Part shown: positions 17,919 through 27,029 of the stretch, one piece after another | Numbering within the stretch: the first letter of the stretch is position 1 | Layout of the letters: every line of letters begins with the position of its first letter | From: Escherichia phage FV3 | Direction: 5' to 3' (one strand) | DNA length: 64,000 nucleotides | Sequence record: NC_019517.1 | The notes under the pieces: generated by a model | Database searches by the model: none | What the model was told of the DNA's origin: nothing | The model's input: only the letters and a program-made list of their open reading frames with translations | Position numbers and translations under genes: made by a program

Positions 17919-20230
17919 TCACCAAGGTAATTAAAAGCAACGGATGTGAAGTGGCATTCGATCCAGAACGTTTAAATAAGGCAGCTATTTTCGGTGACGA
18001 CGGTAACGGCAATTGGTCACATATTGCACTTGATGCATACAAACGGCTGTATGATGGGTGTACAACCAAAGAAGTTAACCAAGCTATCATAGACTCCTGT
18101 GTTAGCCGTAAAGACGAAGCTCATTCTCGTATGGCTGGTCGTGTTCTTATCGGTCAGATTTATAAAGAGGCTTTTGGAGGATTTACAAAGATCCCTTCCT
18201 TACCCTCATTTTACAATACCATGGTTGATAAAGGGTATTGGGAGGATATGGGTTATAGCTTTACCGAGTTAAACACTTTAGACGCTGTTATTGATCACAG
18301 TAAAGATCTCGGTTATGGCTATGCAGTCCTTAAACAGTTTCGCGACAAATATGGGATCAAGGATACTCTTAAAGACACCCTGTTTGAATCTCCCCAGATG
18401 ATGTTTATGGGGATAGCAATGGCTGTCATGAAGAATATGCCGAAAGAACGTCGTATCAACGATGTTGTAAAATTATACACTTATCTGTCGGACTTGAAGA
18501 TTAATGCCCCGACACCGTACTTAAACGGTCTACGCACAGGTAAGACAGGGTATGCATCTTGTTGCGTAATAAAAGCTGACGATACAGCAAAATCTATTGG
18601 TGTGGCACGTGAAGTTGCGTACACAATGACGGTTAACCAAGCAGGTATTGGCTACTATCTATCATCAAGATCTGCAGGTGATGGTGTTCGTGGTAACACT
18701 ATTAAACATATGGGCAAGCTTCCATATTATCGAGGCATTGATGCTGGGGTTAAGGAGAATAGACAACAATCACGCGGAGGTTCGGCAACGGTATCATTCC
18801 TTGCGCTAGATCCCCAGATTGATGAACTGATCCGTTTGAGAAACCCTATGACTGTTGCTTCAAAAAGAATCAACACTATGGACTACTCTATAGGTATTAA
18901 TAGATCATTTATCAACCGTGTGGCTAAGAATTTAGATTGGATGCTTGTTTCTTATAAGCACGCACCTCAACTGCACGAGGGTATCTTCACCATGTCTATG
19001 GATGAGTTTGATGCAGAGGTTGATCGTATCGCTAAAGATGACAGCATTCCTAAAACATGGATCCGTGCTAGAGACCTTGCTGTTGAACTGATCACGCAGC
19101 GTACCGAGGTAGGCAGGCTGTATGTGTACTGGACAGATGAGATGAATAGGCATACACCTTTTAAAGATGTAATCTATTCAAGTAATCTGTGTGCAGAGAT
19201 AGCCCTTCCGACAAAAGGCTATTCAGATATGCGTAATATCTTCAAGTACGATGCTGATGATGGTGAGGTTGCATTGTGCTTCCTATCATCCCTTGTAGCT
19301 GGAAGGGTTACCCCAGAGGAGTATGAGGATGTTGCATACTACACTGTGCTTATGATTGACAATGTTATGGAAATCATGACATATCCGTATGAAAATATGG
19401 AGAGCACTGTTAAAAAACGCAGATCCATCGGGGTTGGCCTTACCAATATTGCACATTTTATTGCCAGCCACAAGGTTGCTTACGGGTCTCCTGAAAGTAA
19501 ACAGCTTGTTCACGATCTTGCAGAGCTTCACAGCTACAGCTTGCATAAGGCAAGTTTACGATTGGCAAAAGAGCGTGGTGTCTGCGAGTGGATGCATAAA
19601 ACAAAATACCCAGAGGGTTGGTTACCAATCGACACTTATAACAAAGAGGTCGATAGTGTGGTGAAAGATCCTTCTCTTAAGCAGGATTGGGAAGGGTTAC
19701 GTAAAGAAATTATTGAAAACGGTGGACTACGTAATAGCGTTCTTGAAGCATATATGCCTAATGAAAGCTCCTCGTTGGCAACAAACACAACTAACGGGGT
19801 TTATCCTGTCCGTGAGCACATTATCTTTAAAAAGTCGCCACAAGGACAGGTGCTGTTTATCGTTCCTGAATATGATGAACTGAAAGAGTATTATACCTCG
19901 GCTTGGGACGTTGATACTAACGACATGATTGATATGTATGCTGTGATTCAAAAATTCACAGGACAGGCAATCAGTGCTGACCTATATATTGATTACACCA
20001 AGTTGAAAGATGGTAAAATTTCAATGAAGGAGCAGCTTGGGTATCTTATCCGTGCTACTAAATTCGGGATGAAGACATGGTATTACTTAAACTCTCGGGT
20101 TGGTGCTGGTGACTCTTTGACAGAGGAGCTTCACGCGAAGAAACAGGCTGAAGATGAAACCAGAAAGAACTATCCTTTGATTGCAGATAGTTCAGTTGAA
20201 GATCCGTATTGCGAAAGTTGTGCACTGTAA
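17915..20230 (+). CDS. nrdA: ribonucleotide reductase class I alpha subunit
   Basis: 771 aa; N-terminal ATP cone, active-site NLCAEI block, C-terminal CESCAL. Confidence 0.95.
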   Translation: MITKVIKSNGCEVAFDPERLNKAAIFGDDGNGNWSHIALDAYKRLYDGCTTKEVNQAIIDSCVSRKDEAHSRMAGRVLIGQIYKEAFGGFTKIPSLPSFYNTMVDKGYWEDMGYSFTELNTLDAVIDHSKDLGYGYAVLKQFRDKYGIKDTLKDTLFESPQMMFMGIAMAVMKNMPKERRINDVVKLYTYLSDLKINAPTPYLNGLRTGKTGYASCCVIKADDTAKSIGVAREVAYTMTVNQAGIGYYLSSRSAGDGVRGNTIKHMGKLPYYRGIDAGVKENRQQSRGGSATVSFLALDPQIDELIRLRNPMTVASKRINTMDYSIGINRSFINRVAKNLDWMLVSYKHAPQLHEGIFTMSMDEFDAEVDRIAKDDSIPKTWIRARDLAVELITQRTEVGRLYVYWTDEMNRHTPFKDVIYSSNLCAEIALPTKGYSDMRNIFKYDADDGEVALCFLSSLVAGRVTPEEYEDVAYYTVLMIDNVMEIMTYPYENMESTVKKRRSIGVGLTNIAHFIASHKVAYGSPESKQLVHDLAELHSYSLHKASLRLAKERGVCEWMHKTKYPEGWLPIDTYNKEVDSVVKDPSLKQDWEGLRKEIIENGGLRNSVLEAYMPNESSSLATNTTNGVYPVREHIIFKKSPQGQVLFIVPEYDELKEYYTSAWDVDTNDMIDMYAVIQKFTGQAISADLYIDYTKLKDGKISMKEQLGYLIRATKFGMKTWYYLNSRVGAGDSLTEELHAKKQAEDETRKNYPLIADSSVEDPYCESCAL

Positions 20231-20237
20231 TTTAAAA

Positions 20238-20257
20238 GGGGCTTCGGCCCCATTTTA
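20238..20257 (+). terminator. rho-independent terminator
   Basis: GGGGCTTCGGCCCC hairpin followed by ATTTT. Confidence 0.65.
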
Positions 20258-20268
20258 GAGGTAGAATA

Positions 20269-21357
20269 ATGTCCGTATTTAATACTGAGAACACTGCTCA
20301 TAAAACTGGTGATTATCCGCTGTTTCTAGGACAGCAGATGGGGATGTACGACTCTATTAACAAAAAGTATCCACAGCTGTTTGAACTATACAAAAAACAA
20401 AAAGAACAAGATTGGGCAGAGGACGAAGTAGATTTGTCACAGTCTATTTCTGATTTCGTAACATGCTCAAAGTCAACTTACGATGTGATGGTGCAGACAC
20501 TGATGTGGCAATGGGAGGCAGACAGTGTTGCAGCAAGATCTATCATTTGTCTGTTTTCACCATTTATCACCAACAGTGAGCTTTTCACCTTGTTGATGAA
20601 GCAGTCTGAGATTGAGGTTCTTCATGCACTAACTTACTCAGAGATTGTTAGACAATGCCTTCCTAATGCTCGCGAGATTATAGAAGAGATTCAGGAAAAC
20701 CAGAACGTGCTGAGCAGATCTGGAATTATTGTCAAATATATGCAAGAGCTTGAGGTTATTGGTGCAAAATACCGACTGGATCCTTCCAGTGTTGAAGAAG
20801 ATGTTGTACGGAAATGTATCCTTAGAGCACTTTTTGCACTTTTAGCGCTAGAAAGTATTGAGTTTATTGCAAGTTTTGCATGTACGTTCGCAGTAGCTGA
20901 GCAAGGTATTTTTGTTCAAGTGGCACAACTTGTTCAAAAAATTATGCTTGATGAAATGCTGCATTCGAAAGGTGATTTTGCTATCATCGATATCCTGCTT
21001 GATGATCCTGCATGGGAGCAAAGCTTCCTTGAGATTAAGGGTGAGTTAAAAGAAATTCTTGACGAAGTGCGGACCAAGGAGTACGGTTGGAGTGACTATA
21101 TTTTCAGCGAAGGAAGAGCAATTATAGGTCTTAACTCACCATTACTTAAAGAATGGGTTGACTATAACTGCTCACCGATTTATGATTACTACAACATCGA
21201 CAAAGACTTTGTGCCGCCAACAAAAGACCCGCTACCGTTTATGCAGGTGTGGATGAAACCTTCACTGCAACAGACGGCTAACCAGGAAATGTCTAACACT
21301 GACTACCGCGTCAACACAACTGTTAACGACGCTGAAGAAGAAATTTGGGAGTTTTAA
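20269..21357 (+). CDS. nrdB: ribonucleotide reductase class I beta subunit
   Basis: 362 aa directly downstream of nrdA; conserved E/H-rich helices. Confidence 0.9.
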   Translation: MSVFNTENTAHKTGDYPLFLGQQMGMYDSINKKYPQLFELYKKQKEQDWAEDEVDLSQSISDFVTCSKSTYDVMVQTLMWQWEADSVAARSIICLFSPFITNSELFTLLMKQSEIEVLHALTYSEIVRQCLPNAREIIEEIQENQNVLSRSGIIVKYMQELEVIGAKYRLDPSSVEEDVVRKCILRALFALLALESIEFIASFACTFAVAEQGIFVQVAQLVQKIMLDEMLHSKGDFAIIDILLDDPAWEQSFLEIKGELKEILDEVRTKEYGWSDYIFSEGRAIIGLNSPLLKEWVDYNCSPIYDYYNIDKDFVPPTKDPLPFMQVWMKPSLQQTANQEMSNTDYRVNTTVNDAEEEIWEF

Positions 21358-21360
21358 TAT

Positions 21361-21639
21361 ATGAGCTGCGAAAAATCTTTTTTCATCATCATTTACGGTA
21401 AGGATAACTGCCCACATTGTGTAAGAGCAAAAGAATTTGCAGTCAGTAAAGGCATACCTTTCGTATACAAGACGCTAGGTGAAGGATACACAAAAGAAGA
21501 GCTTATCGAGAAGTGTAGCCCATTTGTTCCCAGAACGTTGCCTCAGATCTTCTTGGAAAGCAACCTTGACAGTATCCACATAGGTGGTGCTGACGATTTC
21601 ATCTCTTTTGTTAAGAATGGTTTTGGAGAGAAAAAGTGA
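21361..21639 (+). CDS. glutaredoxin/NrdH-like redoxin
   Basis: CPHC active site near N-terminus, 92 aa, between nrdB and nrdD. Confidence 0.75.
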   Translation: MSCEKSFFIIIYGKDNCPHCVRAKEFAVSKGIPFVYKTLGEGYTKEELIEKCSPFVPRTLPQIFLESNLDSIHIGGADDFISFVKNGFGEKK

Positions 21640-22496
21640 AAGTTGTAAAACGGGACGGTAGAGAAGAGTTTTATAACGGAATTAAGGTGATCAAGGCGGC
21701 AGAGTCCGCCTTACTTGAGTCTGGACATACTGAAGAAGAAGCTTACCGGATTGCCTGTGCGGTTAATGAAGTTGTTGCCAACAATCTGCCAACTGACCAG
21801 TGCACGATCTCTGTAAAAAATATCCATATCCTTGTTGAAGATGCTCTTATGGATATGGGTTTAAAATGTGCAGCCAGAGAATACATCCAGTATAGACAGA
21901 CAAGAGATAATAACAGAGAGGCAGGTGGAAAACTGCTTGCCGATATTAGTGGCTTCTTGGATCGTACTTGTGATGAATTTACAAAAGAAAACGCAAATAA
22001 GCCTACTAATCATGTACACACTCATCGTGACCTGCTTGCAGGAATCCTTAGCAAACATCTTGCATCAACACAGATCCTGCCAGACCGTGTCTCAGAAGAG
22101 CACAACAAAGGCTTCATCCATGTGCATGATCTTGACTACCTGATCAGTCCGTTAACAAACTGTTGTTTGGTGAATTATCCGGATATGCTGGAAAACGGAT
22201 TCAACATTGGCAACGCCCATGTCAGTAAGCCGAAGTCAATAGGGGTTGCAACAACAATCCTTAGCCAAATCTCTAGTGCAGTAGCTAGTGCTCAATATGG
22301 CGGTCAGACCATGAGTCATATTGATCATTATTTGGCACAGTATGCTGAAGCAACTTATGAGAAGAACCTTAAATTTTGTCAGGAACATTGGTTGCCAGAT
22401 GCTGAGACTGTTGCAATGCAAATGACAGATAAAGACGTGTTTGATAGTATGCAAACTTTGCTCTACCAAATCAATACGTTAACTTCTGTCAACGGT
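21636..22496 (+). CDS. nrdD: anaerobic ribonucleotide reductase NrdD, exon 1
   Basis: ATP cone VVKRDGREEFY; ends ...INTLTSVNG; track stop TAA is the first three intron nucleotides. Confidence 0.8.
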
Positions 22497-23294
22497 TAAC
22501 AAACTGGCCGTTGTAAAACTCTCCTAACCTCATAAGAGGGGTCGGTAAATCCGGCTAACGGGGAACGCTAAGGCGAAAGCTATGCCAATCCCGTGACTAG
22601 TTCTTACAGGAGTTGGAACGGTTGTAACGACTAACGAAAGGCAGAGATGCTTGACAAACATTTCTGAACCGAGTAGTGTAGGGGTTAGTTGAAATACTAA
22701 CTTCGAAAGGGAGAGACTCTATGAAAAAGATCATTCTTAATGGTGAAGAATCGAACTACGTGATTGATGAGGTGGGAAACGTATACGGAAAACGTGGAAT
22801 GCTGCACCCCATATTGTGGGGAGGTTATGGAAAAGGTAACAAGCATGTTAAACGCCGCTATATGTATTCTTTCAACCACAAAGGTAAGAAGATTCGAATC
22901 CAAACTTCAAGGGTTGTTGCCTTGTATTGTTTGCCAGATGTCCCAGAAGACCCTGAAAACTGGGAAGTGAATCATAAAGATGGCAATACATTGAATGATC
23001 ATCCGTCTAACCTAGAGTGGGTTTTGCCGGAAGATAATAAGAGACATGCTTTCCGAACAGGGCTTTGTCCAGGCAAGTGCTACAGGAAAGTGCAGGCATA
23101 CCAAGGGAAAACCTTGGTGGGTGAATATCCTTCACTCTATGCCTGTGCAAAAGCCTTAAATTTGAACGTAGGGAACGTCCATAGGGCTATCGAAGGAAAT
23201 GCCGAAGGTAAGCATCTCACAATAAAGGGTTATTATCTTATTGAAGTAGAGTAAGAGATAGTCTGGCCCTGTGGAAACACAGGGGTGGAGACAG
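22497..23294 (+). mobile_element. group I intron in nrdD carrying an HNH homing endonuclease ORF
   Basis: P1 pairing CAACGGT with GGCCGTTG, R-like GACTA and S-like GAGATAGTC elements, P9 hairpin with GAAA loop, terminal G; boundaries inferred. Confidence 0.65.
22721..23254 (+). CDS. intron-encoded HNH homing endonuclease
   Basis: HNH block EVNHKDGNTLNDHPSNLEW; C-terminal DNA-binding module; SD GGGAGAG. Confidence 0.85.
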   Translation: MKKIILNGEESNYVIDEVGNVYGKRGMLHPILWGGYGKGNKHVKRRYMYSFNHKGKKIRIQTSRVVALYCLPDVPEDPENWEVNHKDGNTLNDHPSNLEWVLPEDNKRHAFRTGLCPGKCYRKVQAYQGKTLVGEYPSLYACAKALNLNVGNVHRAIEGNAEGKHLTIKGYYLIEVE

Positions 23295-24554
23295 CAGACT
23301 CCATTCATCACATTAAGTTTAGGGCTGGATACTTCGGTCTTTGGTAGAATGATTACCAAAAACTACTTGAAAGTTCACAAAATGGGTCTTGGTGAAGAAC
23401 GGATCACACCTGTGTTCCCTAAAGTGCTGTTCTTCTTAGAGGAGGGTGTCAACATGAACCCTGGGGATCCTAACTACAATTTGAAACGATTGGCCCTAGA
23501 ATGCTCTGCAGAGCGGATTTATCCTGACTTTGTTTCTGTTCCGCTAAATCGTAAAGTGACAGGTTCAACAGACGGCAAAGTAACAAGCATGGGATGTAGG
23601 TCGTTCCTTGGCAAATACGTTACCCCGGAGGGTGATGAAAAATACCTTGGCAGATTCAACTTGGGTGTTGTTAGCCTTAACCTACCAATGATTGCGGCAA
23701 AAGCTAAGACGGAAGGTATTGATTTCTTTGCAGTTCTTGACGAATACTTGGATCTTGCATACGAGGCTCACCTTGTAAGGGTTAACCGTCTAAAAGGAAC
23801 AAAGGCAGGGCAGAACCCTATCATGTGGTGTGAAGGAGCTCTTGCTCGCCTGGATCCTGAAGAGAGTATCGATAAACTCTTCTATGACGGGTACGCTTCC
23901 ATCAGTATTGGGTATATTGGTGTGTATGAAACCTGTCAGATTTTGGGCAGAGAGGGTGACAAGGCTTTAGCTCTTGGAATCCTTCAGCACATGAAAGATG
24001 CTTGTGATCGATATAAGAAGGAAAGTGGACTAGCATTTAGCTTGTACGGCACACCTTCTGAGAGTTTATGCTATAAAGCTGCAACCTGTCTGGATCGTGA
24101 ATACCCAGAAGTGTTGAAGCACGAGCATGAATACCTCACCAACAGTTTCCATCAGCCGGTATGGATCAATAGCTCGCCTTTTGATAAGTGGAAGTATGAG
24201 GAAGGTTTTGCTATGATCTCCTCTGGTGGCAACATTGGGGACATAGAGACACCGAATCTGAAAAACAACTTAGATGCTTTAGAAGCTCTTGTTGATTTCG
24301 GATATAAACATATTATGTATTTTGGTATTAACCAGCCTGTGGATAAATGTCTTAAGTGTGGATTCTCTGGCGAGTTCAGTGCAACAGCTAAAGGCTTTGT
24401 ATGCCCAGAGTGTGGAAACCATGAAGAAGGAACGATCAGTGTGATCAGACGCGTATCCGGGTATCTGTCCAGTCCAAACTCCCGCCCTTACAATAAGGGT
24501 AAGCAAGCTGAGGTTATAGAACGGGTTAAGCACTACGGAAGTTGTGGTTGCTGA
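23295..24554 (+). CDS. nrdD: anaerobic ribonucleotide reductase NrdD, exon 2
   Basis: QTPFITLSLGLDTS aligns with E. coli NrdD QVPFSSLNFGTDTS; Zn ribbon CLKCG...CPECG; glycyl radical motif RVSGYL. Confidence 0.8.
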   Translation, partial: QTPFITLSLGLDTSVFGRMITKNYLKVHKMGLGEERITPVFPKVLFFLEEGVNMNPGDPNYNLKRLALECSAERIYPDFVSVPLNRKVTGSTDGKVTSMGCRSFLGKYVTPEGDEKYLGRFNLGVVSLNLPMIAAKAKTEGIDFFAVLDEYLDLAYEAHLVRVNRLKGTKAGQNPIMWCEGALARLDPEESIDKLFYDGYASISIGYIGVYETCQILGREGDKALALGILQHMKDACDRYKKESGLAFSLYGTPSESLCYKAATCLDREYPEVLKHEHEYLTNSFHQPVWINSSPFDKWKYEEGFAMISSGGNIGDIETPNLKNNLDALEALVDFGYKHIMYFGINQPVDKCLKCGFSGEFSATAKGFVCPECGNHEEGTISVIRRVSGYLSSPNSRPYNKGKQAEVIERVKHYGSCGC

Positions 24555-24557
24555 TAC

Positions 24558-24586
24558 TTGACAAAAGCCACAAGGATGTGGCATAT
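24558..24586 (+). promoter_or_regulatory. possible sigma70 promoter TTGACA-N18-CATATT
   Basis: consensus -35, weaker -10, upstream of micro-ORF and nrdG. Confidence 0.4.
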
Positions 24587-24617
24587 TGTTGTCACACAGT
24601 AAACTAGGAGGTGCAGT

Positions 24618-24734
24618 ATGTCTACAGGTATTTATAAAATTTGCAAGTGTGGTTGTCATTGCAATCTTCGTTGGTGTAAGGCACTGGACGATTTTATTTG
24701 GCATTGTCCTAAATGCGACGCGGAGTATGTATGA
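24618..24734 (+). CDS. Cys-rich micro-protein (38 aa)
   Basis: SD GGAGGTG, then MSTGIYKICKCGCHCNLRWCKALDDFIWHCPKCDAEYV; TGA overlaps nrdG ATG. Confidence 0.4.
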   Translation: MSTGIYKICKCGCHCNLRWCKALDDFIWHCPKCDAEYV

Positions 24735-25204
24735 ATATTGCCGGGTATACAGAGATATCTTACACCGAGGGACCAGGTATTAGGACAGCTTTGTGGGTAT
24801 CTGGGTGCCCACACGCTTGTCCTGGTTGCTTTAATCAAGCATTTTGGTCAAAAGATAAAGGAAGAGTGTTCACCGAAGAAGATTTGCAGAAAATTTTGTC
24901 GGATTTAGACAATGAATCTGTATGCGGTATTTCTTTACTAGGTGGAGAGCCTTTGGCTACTTATAATGAGCCAGGTATTATTGACCTTATGAGGAGAATT
25001 AAGGAAAAGTTTGGTGACAAGAAAACTATTCTTGTGTATACTGGGTTCACATTTGAGCATATCTCTAGTGATGTTCTTAAACTGGCTGATATCGTCATTG
25101 ATGGAAAGTATGTAAAAGATTTACCAACCAAGAAACCATTCCGAGGCAGCGATAACCAAAGAATGTTTAAAAAGGTAGCAGGAGGTTGGGTTCAGGTTGA
25201 CTAA
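24731..25204 (+). CDS. nrdG: anaerobic RNR activating enzyme (radical SAM)
   Basis: CPHACPGC (CxxxCxxC) cluster; follows nrdD. Confidence 0.85.
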   Translation: MNIAGYTEISYTEGPGIRTALWVSGCPHACPGCFNQAFWSKDKGRVFTEEDLQKILSDLDNESVCGISLLGGEPLATYNEPGIIDLMRRIKEKFGDKKTILVYTGFTFEHISSDVLKLADIVIDGKYVKDLPTKKPFRGSDNQRMFKKVAGGWVQVD

Positions 25205-25207
25205 TTG

Positions 25208-25237
25208 TTGACAAAGTCTTGTTAAGTTGGTTATAAT
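25208..25237 (+). promoter_or_regulatory. sigma70-like promoter TTGACA-N18-TATAAT
   Basis: perfect hexamers. Confidence 0.55.
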
Positions 25238-25266
25238 TAGCGTAATGAAAGCAGAGGAGGTGCCAA

Positions 25267-25380
25267 ATGGCTAAAAAGGCCTTGAAGAAGGCGTACAAAA
25301 AAGAGATTGCGCTTGAGCTTAAGAAAAAACACAAGCGTGAAAAGAAACATCATGAGGATGAAGAGGGGGTGCAACAGTGA
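25267..25380 (+). CDS. highly basic micro-protein (37 aa)
   Basis: SD GAGGAGG, then MAKKALKKAYKKEIALELKKKHKREKKHHEDEEGVQQ. Confidence 0.35.
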   Translation: MAKKALKKAYKKEIALELKKKHKREKKHHEDEEGVQQ

Positions 25381-25727
25381 CACAAGAACGTATCGATTTG
25401 GCTAATAAGTTTGTAGATCTCATTTTGCCACGGTTAGTTACTCAACATGCGGACGCTATTTCTACTAATCTTGATGGCTTACGCCTGATGCTAAATCGCA
25501 CAGATGACCCTCGTATCCGGGCTGATTTAGAAGCCTCTGCCAACAAACTGGAAAAGTTCTTGCAAGTAGACACGCAAGAAGCCTTACACAAGATTATGGT
25601 GGAAGGTTTCTCTAAAGAATTTACCATTAAAGAGCTTAAGGAGCTGATCCACCAAGAAGAGATGAATATCCGAGTTCAGGCTGTTGCAAGCAGCATGGAA
25701 GCGGCTATTGAAAAACTATTGCAGTAA
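25377..25727 (+). CDS. hypothetical protein (116 aa)
   Basis: track ORF, GTG start; no motif. Confidence 0.4.
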   Translation: MTQERIDLANKFVDLILPRLVTQHADAISTNLDGLRLMLNRTDDPRIRADLEASANKLEKFLQVDTQEALHKIMVEGFSKEFTIKELKELIHQEEMNIRVQAVASSMEAAIEKLLQ

Positions 25728-25765
25728 AAGTACTTGGCACATCTCAATCTGAAAGGAGTCCCAAC

Positions 25766-26554
25766 ATGGGTCGAGCTAAAGAAACAAAACGCATGCGTGA
25801 TGAAGCTAGAGAGGCTCGCAAATCTGATCGCCTGCGTAAGGCTGCTGAAAAATTTGCTGACGAACGAGAGCACACCGCTCCAGCTCTCCGACCAATGAAT
25901 AAAAAGCAGCAAAAGTATCTTGATTATCTAGGGTCGCGTAAGATTATCATTGTAAACGGTGTGTTTGGATCCGGTAAGACATTCATGGCATCTGCATATG
26001 CAGGTGATCTTCTGCGCAAGAACGAGATTGATAAGATCATTGTTGCACGTCCTTACGTTCAGACAGGAAAGACTTCAGGATTTAAACCTGGAAATGCAAT
26101 GCAGAAACTGTGGCCCTATCTTCGAAGCATGATGGACACTATTTGTCGTCGTGTTGGCAAAGGTGCTTTTGCAGCAATGCTTGGGGACGGTCAGAACAGC
26201 CGTATCGAGATTTGTGAGGTTGAAAGCATTCGTGGTCGTAGTTTTGATGAACGATGCTTTGTCCTTATTGATGAAGCACAGCAAACTAACCCTGAAGAAA
26301 TGTTGTCAATTATCACAAGGATCTCTGATCAGGCCACCCTTGTAATTATGGGCGATAACAGCCAACGTGACATCCCTGGTAAATCTGGCCTTGCATGGGT
26401 GACAGATTTCTTTACTCGTCATCCAGATCCTGAGGTTGGAATGATTAGCTTTGATAGTCCAGACGATGTCGTTCGTTCCGGGCTGGGTCGTCAGATTGCA
26501 CTCAATCTTATTGAGGATCGTGCAAATCATATTTGGACTCCTGTTTCCGAGTAA
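25766..26554 (+). CDS. phoH: PhoH-like ATPase
   Basis: Walker A VNGVFGSGKTFMA and downstream PhoH blocks. Confidence 0.9.
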   Translation: MGRAKETKRMRDEAREARKSDRLRKAAEKFADEREHTAPALRPMNKKQQKYLDYLGSRKIIIVNGVFGSGKTFMASAYAGDLLRKNEIDKIIVARPYVQTGKTSGFKPGNAMQKLWPYLRSMMDTICRRVGKGAFAAMLGDGQNSRIEICEVESIRGRSFDERCFVLIDEAQQTNPEEMLSIITRISDQATLVIMGDNSQRDIPGKSGLAWVTDFFTRHPDPEVGMISFDSPDDVVRSGLGRQIALNLIEDRANHIWTPVSE

Positions 26555-26558
26555 TACA

Positions 26559-26586
26559 GAAGGGTGGTTATTCCACCCTTAAATAT
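26559..26586 (+). terminator. rho-independent terminator
   Basis: AGGGTGG-TTATT-CCACCCT hairpin after phoH stop. Confidence 0.6.
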
Positions 26587-26598
26587 CTAAAACAGTTG

Positions 26599-26627
26599 TT
26601 GACAAACAGGTGAGCTTTAGATATTAT
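26599..26627 (+). promoter_or_regulatory. sigma70-like promoter TTGACA-N17-TATTAT
   Basis: consensus hexamers. Confidence 0.6.
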
Positions 26628-26657
26628 TATTGGACAAAACAAGGAGAAGGACACAGT

Positions 26658-26969
26658 ATGGCTACAATACAAGAGAGACTGAATAAAATATACTGCCTGT
26701 TTGTCTATAACGGTGAGACAATTTTGGCAAATAAGGGATCCAAGAGTGTGTGGACCAAGGACAGTGGTGGTAACATAATCAACTTAGCGTTGCTACGTGA
26801 GCGCAGACACAGATTCTTTATCGAGTCTCGGATTATTGAAAGCAGCACCTGCTACAGAACAGGCGATAAAGTAATTGTTGACAATGATACGTGGTATGTG
26901 GTAGACTGGCAATCATTGAGCTGTGATGCTTCTGACAATCGTAAGTATTCTATAGTGATTGCTAAATAA
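26658..26969 (+). CDS. hypothetical protein (103 aa)
   Basis: ATG with SD AAGGAGAAGG; track ORF begins inside the promoter. Confidence 0.45.
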   Translation: MATIQERLNKIYCLFVYNGETILANKGSKSVWTKDSGGNIINLALLRERRHRFFIESRIIESSTCYRTGDKVIVDNDTWYVVDWQSLSCDASDNRKYSIVIAK

Positions 26970-27029
26970 AGGTAAATGTGAATCAGGTTTAAATAAATAG
27001 CTTTCAACTTCCAATATTAAGGATTTCTC

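Noticed and set aside
21636-22499. NrdD as a truncated pseudogene
   Set aside because: Stop codon lies in the intron; the downstream frame carries the Zn ribbon and glycyl radical motif in correct register
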